Assembly (NCBI GenBank): GCA_965203485.1
Contig: OZ241892.1
Location: 256,001-320,000 of the forward strand
DNA from: Longimicrobiales bacterium
Lineage (GTDB): Bacteria > Gemmatimonadota > Gemmatimonadetes > Longimicrobiales > Gaopeijiaceae
Direction: 5' to 3'
Length of the DNA: 64,000 bases
Below are positions 47,007-56,417 of the stretch, piece after piece (positions within the stretch are counted from its first letter, which is position 1; the number at the start of each line of letters is the position of its first letter). A program made the position numbers and the translations under genes. A model generated the notes under the pieces. It saw nothing but the letters and a program-made list of their open reading frames with translations, made no database searches and was not told where the DNA came from.

Positions 47007-48047
47007 TCACGCCACCGTGTATTGACGGAGCCTGGTGTGCGTCGATAACTGTTCAATCTGGGACAACGTGAAAACCAATCCGCGCGTAGCCAGCAACAAC
47101 GACTTCATGTCGCTCTTTCGCACGCCGAAGCCTCGGCCTGCAATGCACGCAATGACGTCGAATCCGGGTTGTCCTTGTCGTTCGCGGCTGTTCCTCATTT
47201 CGGTCAAGCGCAGGACCCGAGCTGCTTTGTCCCTGGCGGTACCGTCGTCCTGAGTCATCTTCGCTTCGATCACAGCGATGGGCGCCGTCGGACTCGGGCA
47301 GAAGAAATCTGGATTCTGTTCCCATCCCGCCAGCGCTTCTGCTCGCTTCGTCCGAAAGAACGGAATCCCTGATGCAACCAACTGCCGCTCGATCCTGTCT
47401 TCAAGTGCACCACCCACAATTTCACTGACGGAATCGCGATGCGAAGCGAAAGGCCGTCCGAGAAACCGTTCGTACAGTAGTGCAGGGTACTCCACGCCTC
47501 TTGATGCTACCGCCACGAGGCTTTCCTGGCCTTGAACGGAATCTATCTTGTCCAAGCGATGGATGCGGCCCGCGCCCGCCTTCGGAGCCGGTTTCTCCAG
47601 CATTCCACAAGCGGCCTGCACGAGGGCGCGAACCCGTTCTTCTTGAAGAGGCGTATGGCCAATTTCAGCTTCGGGATTCTTTCTGATCGCACGATCCAAG
47701 GTTCGTGCAAAGCCTTGGCCAATTCTGACGCCGGTTGTCAAGGTCGCGACATCGGACCACTCGGGGGGAGACAAGCCAAGGACGGCTCGGAGAACTACAA
47801 GGCCCATGGGGACGCGGCGAATGGCCTGGAATAGGCGATCGGCGTCCATTCGCTTGAACCCCTCGGTTGCGTTGTGGATCGCCCGATATCCCTCGGCAAA
47901 GGAATCGAACGCGACAAAGCCCACGCCAAGAGGCATGACGAGGAAGTCGCTTTCCAAGGCCGTGAACACTCGCTCGACGTACTCGTCGATTCCAGTTTCC
48001 AAGCAATCGAACGAGACTTCAAACGGAAGCGGGCCGTCAGACGCCAC
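47007..48047 (-). CDS. Putative restriction endonuclease (PD-(D/E)XK)
   Basis: LEDRIE...NPDFFCP...AVIEAKMTQDDGTARDK; overlaps methylase stop. Confidence 0.75.
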   Translation of the reverse strand: MASDGPLPFEVSFDCLETGIDEYVERVFTALESDFLVMPLGVGFVAFDSFAEGYRAIHNATEGFKRMDADRLFQAIRRVPMGLVVLRAVLGLSPPEWSDVATLTTGVRIGQGFARTLDRAIRKNPEAEIGHTPLQEERVRALVQAACGMLEKPAPKAGAGRIHRLDKIDSVQGQESLVAVASRGVEYPALLYERFLGRPFASHRDSVSEIVGGALEDRIERQLVASGIPFFRTKRAEALAGWEQNPDFFCPSPTAPIAVIEAKMTQDDGTARDKAARVLRLTEMRNSRERQGQPGFDVIACIAGRGFGVRKSDMKSLLLATRGLVFTLSQIEQLSTHTRLRQYTVA

Positions 48048-50226
48048 TGATGTCTTCCAAGAAATCGCCCTGCACCTCCGTGCCCGGAGTGACGCTGGTG
48101 GACTGCAGGACTTCCATGATTCCCTCGACGCTGGCCAAGTCGTCCGTCGCGTTGCGCACTTCGTGGAGTTTGGTTGTCGTTGCCCATTTCCGGTTCCATG
48201 CGGGCCGGAGCGTCCATGCCGTCATGCGGACGAGATGACCAAGGGCGATGCAACGAGTGTCGCCTGCGCTGGGTCGGACACCACCGGCTCGAAGCTGAGC
48301 CAAGTCGAATGCCACCAAACGAGCGAAGTCCTCGGGGCCGAACGCTAGGTCGTCGTCGGGGACGGCGGCGTCCTTCCGACAAACGAACACCGTGTCCACG
48401 ATCGACGAGCGGGTGCCGTTGATGTGAATCGACCCACTCATCTCGGCGGGGCAGGGCAATGTCGCGGTGGCCACCAGTCCAGCGTCTAGGATCGCCACGG
48501 CCACGGGGTGGTACGCGCTTTGTTGGTTGTGGTGATAGGTAAACACGAAGGGCGCCCCGGGCCTCAAGGCATCTGCCATGCGCACGTAAACCTGCGCCAG
48601 GCCTTCGGTAAAGTGCTCGATGCCTCGCCGTTCGGTTCGATTGCCCGTCAGTTCGCCCGGAGTTCGTGTCGAGGGTGGATTGAAGACGCCGTTGGTCCGC
48701 GCCAAGCGTCGAAGCCATACGTAGCAAAAATCCATAAGCTCGGCATACTGAACGCTGTCGTAGTACGGCGGATCTGTAAGGACAGCGTCAAGAGAATTGG
48801 GCGCAAGGGATGCCGTCGTAGCGCTGCCGCAGATGAGCATCACGTTGCGACCGTTGGCACGGACCGGAACGCCGTCGTGGGTCGCATCTCCGCGATTGGC
48901 GCCGATTCGTTCTCCTGTCGTGTACACGCGAGTTCGCACTCCGGGCGGCACTTCGAAGGGCCGATCGCAGTAGTCCTTGGCGACTTTGTACTTGTGAAGG
49001 ATGTTGACCCAGCCTCCGCTACCGACGGGCTTGCCGCGGTCCCGTATGCCAAGCAAGTTGACTTCGCATCGCACGAGCCCCGTGGGAAAGCCGTGCACAG
49101 AGAAGAGGTCGAGCGCCTTCAGCGTGCTTGTGTCGTAGCGAACGAGCAAGTTGTTGTAGCGCAGCAAGTCCGACAGGTTCGTGGCGAGCGCGCGGTTGAC
49201 GACCGGATCGGACTGTGTGGCCACTAGATGGCAACTCAGTTCCAATCCCAGAAGTTGCCGGTCGTTGAACATTTGCCGGTAGCGGCTGTATCCCCAACGG
49301 TGAAGCCGGGTCGATTCGTCACCGGGCGGGATGGGATCGTCGGGAACGTACCGTGTAGGGGCGAGTTCCCCTAATCGGCGCGCGGCGGCGGCGTACTTGG
49401 CAAGATCTTCGTCGGTCGGGCTCTTGAAGAACCGGCCTCGGTGGGTTCGTCGACATCTGCGGCAGTGGTACTCGATAGCGAACATTCGGTGGGGTAGTGG
49501 CCCATCTGCGGTCGCCGGGTACCGGTTCGGAGTCGTGCAATGGGGGCATGGAACCAGGCCGCGCCGGGCTGGCCCTTCGCTACGCAAGGCCGCGGCACAC
49601 TGGGAACAAGCTCCGGGCGACTTTCGGTCGGACACTTCGGCAAGATTGCCGCACGCGGCGCACACCAGGACGTTCTTTGCGTGTCTGGCATTCGTCGCTA
49701 CCAAATAGCCGGGAAAGAGGTCGATCCGCCGCCGACATGCCGTGCACGCCTGCGTCTTCACCCACAGAAAGCATTTGACGGGGGCCGACTCGCCGCACCG
49801 TGTGCACGAAGTCTCGTATAGAACGCCGATCTGGCGTCGCAATTCCCGAATCAGAGTTTTCCCGGCTTCCTCGTAGACCGCGACGTCCAAGTCTTCCAGT
49901 TCGCGCCCGACGATCCACCAAGCCATCGGGTTGACGTCCCATCCCGCAATCCCTGCGCCCAGCCGGTTTGCCTCGATAAGCGGCGTGCCCCCTCCCATGA
50001 AGGGATCGGCAACCCTCTTGCCTTGAAGCGTGTTGGACCGGAAGTAGCTGTCCTGCAACGCAGCATCGACGAATTCGGAAAGAAGAAGGCCGCGAAACAG
50101 CGCCCCGGGGCGTCGGGCGAACCACTTGTGCACGGCAATTACGGGTCGATAGTTCTGCTGAATCGACTTTTCGCGCAAAGCCAGGGCCGAAATGAACGGC
50201 ACGTCGAAGCGACGCTCGATGCTCAT
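48037..50226 (-). CDS. DUF1156-type amino DNA methyltransferase with zinc ribbons
   Basis: HKWFARRP, DPFMGGGT, several CxxC pairs, VLTDPPYYD. Confidence 0.9.
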   Translation of the reverse strand: MSIERRFDVPFISALALREKSIQQNYRPVIAVHKWFARRPGALFRGLLLSEFVDAALQDSYFRSNTLQGKRVADPFMGGGTPLIEANRLGAGIAGWDVNPMAWWIVGRELEDLDVAVYEEAGKTLIRELRRQIGVLYETSCTRCGESAPVKCFLWVKTQACTACRRRIDLFPGYLVATNARHAKNVLVCAACGNLAEVSDRKSPGACSQCAAALRSEGPARRGLVPCPHCTTPNRYPATADGPLPHRMFAIEYHCRRCRRTHRGRFFKSPTDEDLAKYAAAARRLGELAPTRYVPDDPIPPGDESTRLHRWGYSRYRQMFNDRQLLGLELSCHLVATQSDPVVNRALATNLSDLLRYNNLLVRYDTSTLKALDLFSVHGFPTGLVRCEVNLLGIRDRGKPVGSGGWVNILHKYKVAKDYCDRPFEVPPGVRTRVYTTGERIGANRGDATHDGVPVRANGRNVMLICGSATTASLAPNSLDAVLTDPPYYDSVQYAELMDFCYVWLRRLARTNGVFNPPSTRTPGELTGNRTERRGIEHFTEGLAQVYVRMADALRPGAPFVFTYHHNQQSAYHPVAVAILDAGLVATATLPCPAEMSGSIHINGTRSSIVDTVFVCRKDAAVPDDDLAFGPEDFARLVAFDLAQLRAGGVRPSAGDTRCIALGHLVRMTAWTLRPAWNRKWATTTKLHEVRNATDDLASVEGIMEVLQSTSVTPGTEVQGDFLEDISGV

Positions 50227-50996
50227 GACGTGGCGCACCGCTTCGGCGCCGCCACCAACACCTCTTCGTCGCAAACCAGCGAGGCGCAACCTGCCGCCGA
50301 CATGCGATCGACCGTGTTCGGCGACGGCTTGACCGCGACGACTCGCCCCCCCGGCGCGAGGACTCGAACCGACTCGCGCCACCGATCCGCATCGTCGGCA
50401 TCCGCAATGACGGTGCCGCGTGCGGCCCGGTCGGCAAACGGCAACGCAGGCCCCACCGCCATCGCGCTAACGCCCTGCCAAGCAAAGTCGCGCGCTCCCC
50501 AGCCCGTCGCCACGACCTCGACGCTGGGCGCCATCTTGGACAGGCCGATCACGACCTCCGCTCGCCCGTCCCAGACGATCACGATCCCGGGCCCGTCGGC
50601 CACGCCTAGGGCGGCGGCCAGTCGCAACGCGGCGCTCGGCTCACCGCGCAGCCCATGTCCAGCCTCCTGCGCGCTCGAGACGGCAAGCTCGCTCGCGCGA
50701 CCGTGCGGACCCGGAGACCGTTGTCGCCCGGGCGTCTCCCCGGAACCCGCGAAGTCGGAGTCGCGCCCCGCCGCCGATCCCGCATCCGGCCGGCGCTCCC
50801 GCGGCGGCGCTGGGCTTCTCGGTTGCGGCCGCATGTCGGCGAATCCGTCCTCCACGGGGAAGCTGTCGCGGCAGTTGGCGCAACCGAACTCGCCTTGCCG
50901 GACGCGGCGGTCGACGACTTCGCGCGCCACGAGGACCAGCCCGAACGGCGGGCCGCAGCGCGGGCAGACCATGTGGTCCGTCAGGAGGACGTTCAC
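50223..50996 (-). CDS. Trm112-like zinc ribbon + degenerate methyltransferase-fold protein
   Basis: LLTDHMVCPRC...FGCANCRDSFPVEDGFADM; LPFADRA..VRVLAPGGRVV; GTGA and ATGA overlaps. Confidence 0.7.
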   Translation of the reverse strand: MNVLLTDHMVCPRCGPPFGLVLVAREVVDRRVRQGEFGCANCRDSFPVEDGFADMRPQPRSPAPPRERRPDAGSAAGRDSDFAGSGETPGRQRSPGPHGRASELAVSSAQEAGHGLRGEPSAALRLAAALGVADGPGIVIVWDGRAEVVIGLSKMAPSVEVVATGWGARDFAWQGVSAMAVGPALPFADRAARGTVIADADDADRWRESVRVLAPGGRVVAVKPSPNTVDRMSAAGCASLVCDEEVLVAAPKRCATS

Positions 50997-51415
50997 CGGT
51001 CCGGTCCGGCGTACTCCACCCAGTGACGCGGGGTCTCCCAAAGCACCAGCTTGTCGAGGACGGCGGGGGGCGGGACATGCGGGGCAAGCCGGTCCCAGAT
51101 GCGCATCACCAGGTTCTCGGTGGACGGCAGGACGCCGTCGAGCCAGGGAACGTCCAAGTTCAGGTTGCGGTGATCGAGGTCGGCGACGACTTCGCGCTGG
51201 ACGAGCTCCTTGAGGTCCTTCAGGTCCATCACGTAGCCCGAGGCGGGGTCGGGCGGGCCGGCCACGGTGACGTCGAGCTCGTAGTTGTGGCCGTGCCAGT
51301 TGGGGTTGGCGCATGCGCCGAACGCGCGCTCGTTGCGCTCGTCGCTCCACTCGGGACGGGCGAGGCGGTGCGCGGCGGAGAAGTGCAGCCGGCGCGTGAT
51401 CTTCACGATGGGCAT
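50993..51415 (-). CDS. queD: 6-carboxytetrahydropterin / 6-pyruvoyl-tetrahydropterin synthase
   Basis: FSAAHRL, CANPNWHGHNY, DHRNLN, STENL, LWETP. Confidence 0.9.
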   Translation of the reverse strand: MPIVKITRRLHFSAAHRLARPEWSDERNERAFGACANPNWHGHNYELDVTVAGPPDPASGYVMDLKDLKELVQREVVADLDHRNLNLDVPWLDGVLPSTENLVMRIWDRLAPHVPPPAVLDKLVLWETPRHWVEYAGPDR

Positions 51416-51421
51416 GGCCCC

Positions 51422-51460
51422 AAAAGGTAAGAGCCGACACCCCCGAGGGGGCGCCGACTC
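51422..51460 (-). terminator. GC-rich hairpin after the 6S-like RNA (terminator or processing stem)
   Basis: GAGTCGGCGCCCCC-TC-GGGGGTGTCGGCTC pairs via G-U on the minus strand; followed by TTACCTTTT. Confidence 0.55.
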
Positions 51461-51461
51461 T

Positions 51462-51615
51462 TGTTGTGCCGAGAGGCGTGTTTGAAGCCCGGGTTCAACT
51501 TCTGGTGACGCCACCGCGGTCTTCGCCGTCCCCCCGGAAGGGGCATGACGTCCGCCGCGATAGACGATCCCGGCTCTTCCAGTGTTGGCTCAAATAGCGA
51601 TCCTCCCGACACTCC
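51462..51615 (-). ncRNA. ssrS: Probable 6S RNA
   Basis: GUGUCGGGAGG pairs with CCUCUCGGCAC (two G-U pairs, valid only on minus strand); UUUGAGCC pairs with GGGCUUCAAA; UUGAACC motif; own promoter and downstream hairpin. Confidence 0.7.
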
Positions 51616-51619
51616 GTTC

Positions 51620-51648
51620 AATATGGGGACCGGACCGGCGCATGGCAA
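51620..51648 (-). promoter_or_regulatory. Sigma70-like promoter for the 6S-like RNA
   Basis: TTGCCA (51648-51643) - 17 nt - CATATT (51625-51620). Confidence 0.6.
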
Positions 51649-51787
51649 GCAAGCCGTCGCGGGGAGGCCGACGGAGCGCGGGCGCGGACGGCCGCGAGAG
51701 CGCCGACTGCCCGGCACCGCTGCAGCGCTGTCGCTGGAGGCGTCCGAAGCGCGGGCGCAGACGGCCGCTTGGAGGTACCTTGGCCGG

Positions 51788-52711
51788 ATGGCCCGTCCGT
51801 CCGCCGCCGCCGTGGTCCGCCAAGCGCTCAAGCGCGCCCTCCTGCCTCGCCACGTGGCCCGCTGGATGCGCCGTCGTCGCGAGCCCGGCCTGCCCACCGC
51901 CGCCGCCAACGCGCAGTTGCGGCTCTACAGCCGGATGTTGCCGGGCGACTTCCTCCACTACGGCTACTTCGACGATCCCGAGACGCCGGCCGAGGCCGTG
52001 AGCTTCGCCGACCTCCACGAGGCGCAGCTCCGCTACGCGCGCCTGCTCGTCGGCATGGTCGGACGCCCGCGCGGTCCCGTGCTGGACGCGGGCTCCGGCA
52101 TGGGCGGAATGCTGGCCCTTCTGCGCGAGGCGGGGCACGATCCGACCGGACTCACGCCCGACCGCTTTCAGGTGGACCACATCCGGCGGGCCTATCCGGG
52201 CGTTCCCGTGCTCCATTGCCGCTTCGAGGACTTGCCGGCTCGCGAGCGCCGGGGCCGCTTCGGCGCTGTCGTGCACTCCGAGTCCCTTCAGTACATGGAC
52301 CCGTCCCGGGCCCTCGCCGTAGTCGAGGAGGCGCTGGCTCCCGGCGGCAAGTGGATCGTCGCCGACTACTTCCGCGTGGCGGACGGCGGAGAGCGCTCCG
52401 GCTGGCCCGCGGAGGCGTTTCGGGAGCGGGTCGCCGGGGCGGGATTTCGGATCGCGAGCGAACGGGACGTGACCCCCAACGTCGTGCCGACGTTGCGGTT
52501 CGCGCAGATGCTGGGCGAGCGGCTGGGCCTGCCGTTGCTGGACTTTGCGCGCGACAAGCTTCGGGCGAAGAATCCCGTCGTCCATTACGTTCTCGAGGAC
52601 GCCGCGGGGCAGGTTCGGAACGCGGCGGCCGACGCGCTGGCCGCGCTGGACCCGGAGGACTTCGCGGCGCGGAAGCGATACTTGCTCCTGGAGATGCGCC
52701 GAAGGGACTAG
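51788..52711 (+). CDS. Class I SAM-dependent methyltransferase
   Basis: GGAGGT RBS; FLHYGYF, VLDAGSGMGG, ESLQYM, LAPGG. Confidence 0.88.
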   Translation: MARPSAAAVVRQALKRALLPRHVARWMRRRREPGLPTAAANAQLRLYSRMLPGDFLHYGYFDDPETPAEAVSFADLHEAQLRYARLLVGMVGRPRGPVLDAGSGMGGMLALLREAGHDPTGLTPDRFQVDHIRRAYPGVPVLHCRFEDLPARERRGRFGAVVHSESLQYMDPSRALAVVEEALAPGGKWIVADYFRVADGGERSGWPAEAFRERVAGAGFRIASERDVTPNVVPTLRFAQMLGERLGLPLLDFARDKLRAKNPVVHYVLEDAAGQVRNAAADALAALDPEDFAARKRYLLLEMRRRD

Positions 52712-52802
52712 GAGTTGGGAGATGGGCGGGCGGTGCCAGCAGATGCCGACGGGGCTGGCCGGTCTCGTCCAGGGCGTGGCCTGGTGAACGACCGAAAGGA
52801 CG

Positions 52803-53975
52803 GTGGCAACGATGTTGCAGGCACGGAAGGGTGCAGCGGGCGTGGCCATGGCGTGCGTGGTGGACGCGGCGATCGGCCTCCTGGTCGGTTGGCCGGCGGG
52901 ACCCGCCGATTGCGGTTGGGGTGCGTTGGGCGCCGCGCCGGCGCGGGCCCAGGAGATGACCGTCGAGGAGTACGAGCCGAGAACGACGCTGGTCGTGCCG
53001 GGAAACCCGCTGACGCGGGCGCGCTTTCCGTTCGTGGACGTCCACGGGCATCAGCGCGCGGCCCGGATGTCCGCCGCCGACGTGGACCGCTTGGTGGCGG
53101 ACATGGACGAACTCAACATGGCGGTCATGGTGAACTTGTCGGGCGGCAACGGCGCGGCGCTGGCCGACGGCTTGGCCAAGATGGCCGGACGCCACCCCGG
53201 CCGGTTCGTCTTCTTCGCCAATACGGACTTTCGCGGCGTGGGCGACCCCGGATGGGGCGAACGAGCGGCGGCTCAGCTGGCGGACGACGTGGCCCGCGGC
53301 GCCGTCGGCCTCAAGATCTTCAAGGGCCTTGGAATGTCCTACCGGGACACCGACGGCCAGCGCATCGCCGTCGACGACCCCCGGCTGGCGCCGCTCTGGG
53401 ACAAGGCCGGCGAGCTGGGCGTCCCCGTGCTCATCCACACGGCGGACCCGGCCGAGTTCTGGCAGGCCCACGACCGCTTCAACGAACGCTGGCTGGAACT
53501 CAAGCTGCGCCCGCGCCGCATCCGCCCGCCCGGCGAGCATCCGTCCTTCGAAGAGCTCATCGCCGAGCAGCACGACCTCTTCCGCGCCCATCCGGGCACC
53601 AACTTCATCTCGGCGCACCTGGGCTGGCTGGGCCACGACCTCGCCCGCCTGGGCCGCCTGCTCGACGAGCTGCCCAACATGTACGTCGGCCTGGGCGCCG
53701 TCCTCTACGAAATCGGGCGGCAGCCCCGCTTCGCCCGCGATTGGCTGATCGAATACCAGGACCGCGTCCTCATGGGCAAGGACTCCTACAACAAGGAGGA
53801 GTTCCACACCTACTTCCGCGTCTTCGAGACCACGGACGACTACTTCGACTACTACCGGCGCTATCACGCCTTCTGGAAGATGTACGGCCTGGGCCTGCCC
53901 GACGAAGTCCTGCGCAAGATCTACTACGAGAACGCGCTGAAGATCGTCCCTGGCATCGACCGGTCGCTGTTCTAG
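52803..53975 (+). CDS. Amidohydrolase-2 family protein
   Basis: FVDVHGH, GLKIFK, VLIHTADP, AHLGW, DRVLMGKD; start uncertain. Confidence 0.88.
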   Translation: MATMLQARKGAAGVAMACVVDAAIGLLVGWPAGPADCGWGALGAAPARAQEMTVEEYEPRTTLVVPGNPLTRARFPFVDVHGHQRAARMSAADVDRLVADMDELNMAVMVNLSGGNGAALADGLAKMAGRHPGRFVFFANTDFRGVGDPGWGERAAAQLADDVARGAVGLKIFKGLGMSYRDTDGQRIAVDDPRLAPLWDKAGELGVPVLIHTADPAEFWQAHDRFNERWLELKLRPRRIRPPGEHPSFEELIAEQHDLFRAHPGTNFISAHLGWLGHDLARLGRLLDELPNMYVGLGAVLYEIGRQPRFARDWLIEYQDRVLMGKDSYNKEEFHTYFRVFETTDDYFDYYRRYHAFWKMYGLGLPDEVLRKIYYENALKIVPGIDRSLF

Positions 53976-54040
53976 GGAGCGGGGACAACGCTTCGTCCCG
54001 CCATGGCGCGGTCCGTCCAAGGTCCACGAAAGGGAGAGCC

Positions 54041-55102
54041 ATGAAGATTCTTGCCACGGCGGCGTTGTCTTGCGTGGCGGGTCTGGCGGCGGCCGGGAGA
54101 CCGGCCGCCGCCGTCCAGCACGCGTCGTCGCATCCGTTGGAGGTCGAGGTCCGCGAGGTGTGGAGCACGTACGGAGACCCGGGCTTCGGATATCCGCAGG
54201 GCATGTTCCAGTGGCCTGACGGCACGGTCTGGATTGGCGACGACCAGGCGTCGGAGGTATGGGAACTCTCGGCTGACGGAACGGAGTCGAAACGGGTTCT
54301 CCGCGAGGGCGAGGGCCCGGGCGAACTCGCTCGCGTGTTTCGAATCGTGCCGTACCGGGACGGCGGAGTTGTCGTGCAAGACAATCGGGGCTTCCTGTTC
54401 TTCGGCGCGGACAAACGGTTCGTTCGACAGATGAAGTGGGGCGGCCCGATTTGGTCGGACGACGTGATGGCGGCTCCGAACGGCGACTTGATCGTCATCG
54501 GCGGCTTCGCTTACGAAGATCACGAGCTGGCGCGCTACGCCGTTCACCGAATCGACAGGAGGCGCGGATGGCCCGTGAAGAGCTGGCACCCGGCCGCCGC
54601 CCACCGGCGGTGGCAGACCGTTCGCGAGACCACGGGCGGATCGGTTGCCCTCCCCAGGGACGGAGGGCTCCTGGTGTCCGACGCGGCGCCGTTCAGGATC
54701 ACCCGCTATGCCGACCTGATGGGCAGCGGCGCGCAACTCGTGATCGAAGACGAGGACGTGGTGTCCGCGTCGGAGCTGGACCGTGCGGTGACGTACCTGC
54801 CCGACGGCGGCTTCCGAACCACGACGGCCTGGACGCGGTCGGTCTTCGTCCACGAGCTGGAGGACGGCAACATTCTGAACGTCGTGATGGTGAACCCCCC
54901 GGAACCCGCGGACGCCAAGACGAGCACCGAATGGCTGGTCGTTTCGCCGGACGGACGCATCTTGGCCCGGGTGCCCGTCGCGAAGGGATACAAGGTCTGG
55001 AGCGCGACGCCCGACGGCCACTATTTGGCGACGTGCTGGGACTACGACTCCTTGCAGTTCGCGGTGGTGAAGCTGGAAGCGGTGGTGTCGCCAAGCCCGT
55101 GA
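54041..55102 (+). CDS. Secreted beta-propeller (NHL-like) protein
   Basis: RBS + signal MKILATAALSCVAGLAA; REGEGPGEL. Confidence 0.7.
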   Translation: MKILATAALSCVAGLAAAGRPAAAVQHASSHPLEVEVREVWSTYGDPGFGYPQGMFQWPDGTVWIGDDQASEVWELSADGTESKRVLREGEGPGELARVFRIVPYRDGGVVVQDNRGFLFFGADKRFVRQMKWGGPIWSDDVMAAPNGDLIVIGGFAYEDHELARYAVHRIDRRRGWPVKSWHPAAAHRRWQTVRETTGGSVALPRDGGLLVSDAAPFRITRYADLMGSGAQLVIEDEDVVSASELDRAVTYLPDGGFRTTTAWTRSVFVHELEDGNILNVVMVNPPEPADAKTSTEWLVVSPDGRILARVPVAKGYKVWSATPDGHYLATCWDYDSLQFAVVKLEAVVSPSP

Positions 55103-55174
55103 GCCGAAACGCGCGCCTTTCGTCGCGAGACCGAACGGGACTGCGTTGTTCTGGCCAAGGGACGGAGGCGGGCC

Positions 55175-56350
55175 CTACCGGCCGCCCGGCCGCGTGATTC
55201 GGTACACGTCCACATAGTCGAGGTCGAGGCTGTCGCGCCGGATCGTCACGACGTGCTCCGCGCCGAACGCCGGAACGCCGATCCTGGCGGGGGCCTGGAC
55301 ACGGGCCAGCGGCCGTCCGTCCGGGTCGAAGACGTCCCAGCGGTCTCCGCCGGCCGCCGCAACTTCGATCCACACGCGACCGTCCGGAGCGACGAACAGC
55401 GCCTTGAGGATGGGCTTCGCCGACGGCTTGCCCGGCAGGTCCGGCTCGCACGCGCCTGGATTCTCCGCCTTCGCGGACCGGATCGGCTCGGTTCTCCTCT
55501 CCCACTCGGCGTCGGTCACGGGGGCCGCGTCCGCTTGGCCTTCGATGACGCGCACGGTGTCTGCGCCTTGGGTCGCGACGATTCTGTAGGCGCCGGTCAT
55601 GGCCGAGTACAACAGGCCGCCGGGCCCCGGATGCTGAATCAGCCTGGGCGCGAACGGAATCTGGTAGAACGCCATGACTTCGCCCCGGTCGCACACGATG
55701 TGGGAGCTCGGTCCCTCCGGTTGAGGCGACACAGGGATCGCAACGCCCGTCGGGCCGACGGGACCGTGGCCGGCGTAGACGTGACGCCAGTCGTCTTCGG
55801 CGTCGAAGTCGTCCACGTAAGCTTCGGTCGCCCCGACGCTGTACAGCCGCAGTCCCGACCCCGAGATGCCGCTGGCCGTCTCGCGCTGGCCCAGGTGATC
55901 GCCCGCCGCGGAGAACTCGCTGATGCGCCTGTTGCCGTAGTCGAGCGCAAACAGCCGGTCCCCGACCCACGCGATCGAATAGAGGGACTCGAACTCGCCC
56001 GGTCCTTCGCCCCGGCGCCCGAAGCTGCGGCGATGCGAGCCGTCCAGTCCGAAGACGCGCACTTCGAAGTTCAGGCCGTCGGCGACGAACACTTCGCCGT
56101 CCGGTCCTAGAGCGACGCCCGACACCCGGCCGAATTCCTCCGGGCCCGGCTCGTCCGAGAGAGCCCCCGCGCCAATGCTTGCAACGAGCGTCAAGTCCCA
56201 TTCGGCCGGGGCCGCGAACTCACCGGCATCGCCGCCGCCGGTTTCACAAGCCGTTGCGAGCAGGGCGGCGACCAACCAACCGGCGGTCTTGGGGATCGGT
56301 CGCCCGGTTGCGGTCCGTGCTGTCGAGTTCTTGCGGCTGGGCTTGGTCAT
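55175..56350 (-). CDS. Lipoprotein 6-bladed beta-propeller protein
   Basis: LLATAC lipobox-like; FGRRGEGPGEF; RDSLDLDYV. Confidence 0.75.
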   Translation of the reverse strand: MTKPSRKNSTARTATGRPIPKTAGWLVAALLATACETGGGDAGEFAAPAEWDLTLVASIGAGALSDEPGPEEFGRVSGVALGPDGEVFVADGLNFEVRVFGLDGSHRRSFGRRGEGPGEFESLYSIAWVGDRLFALDYGNRRISEFSAAGDHLGQRETASGISGSGLRLYSVGATEAYVDDFDAEDDWRHVYAGHGPVGPTGVAIPVSPQPEGPSSHIVCDRGEVMAFYQIPFAPRLIQHPGPGGLLYSAMTGAYRIVATQGADTVRVIEGQADAAPVTDAEWERRTEPIRSAKAENPGACEPDLPGKPSAKPILKALFVAPDGRVWIEVAAAGGDRWDVFDPDGRPLARVQAPARIGVPAFGAEHVVTIRRDSLDLDYVDVYRITRPGGR

Positions 56351-56417
56351 TTGCAGGGGTCCCGTCGTTGTGGGCTACGCAGTGGCGGGTCGAAGATCCA
56401 ATCAATCAATCAGGAAT

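Noticed and set aside
47007..51415. Dpd 7-deazaguanine DNA-modification system
   Set aside because: Only queD is present; no dpdA/TGT, queC, queE or folE seen in the window.
51545..51787. N-terminal extension of the SAM methyltransferase
   Set aside because: Overlaps the 6S-like RNA and its promoter; a good RBS precedes ATG 51788.
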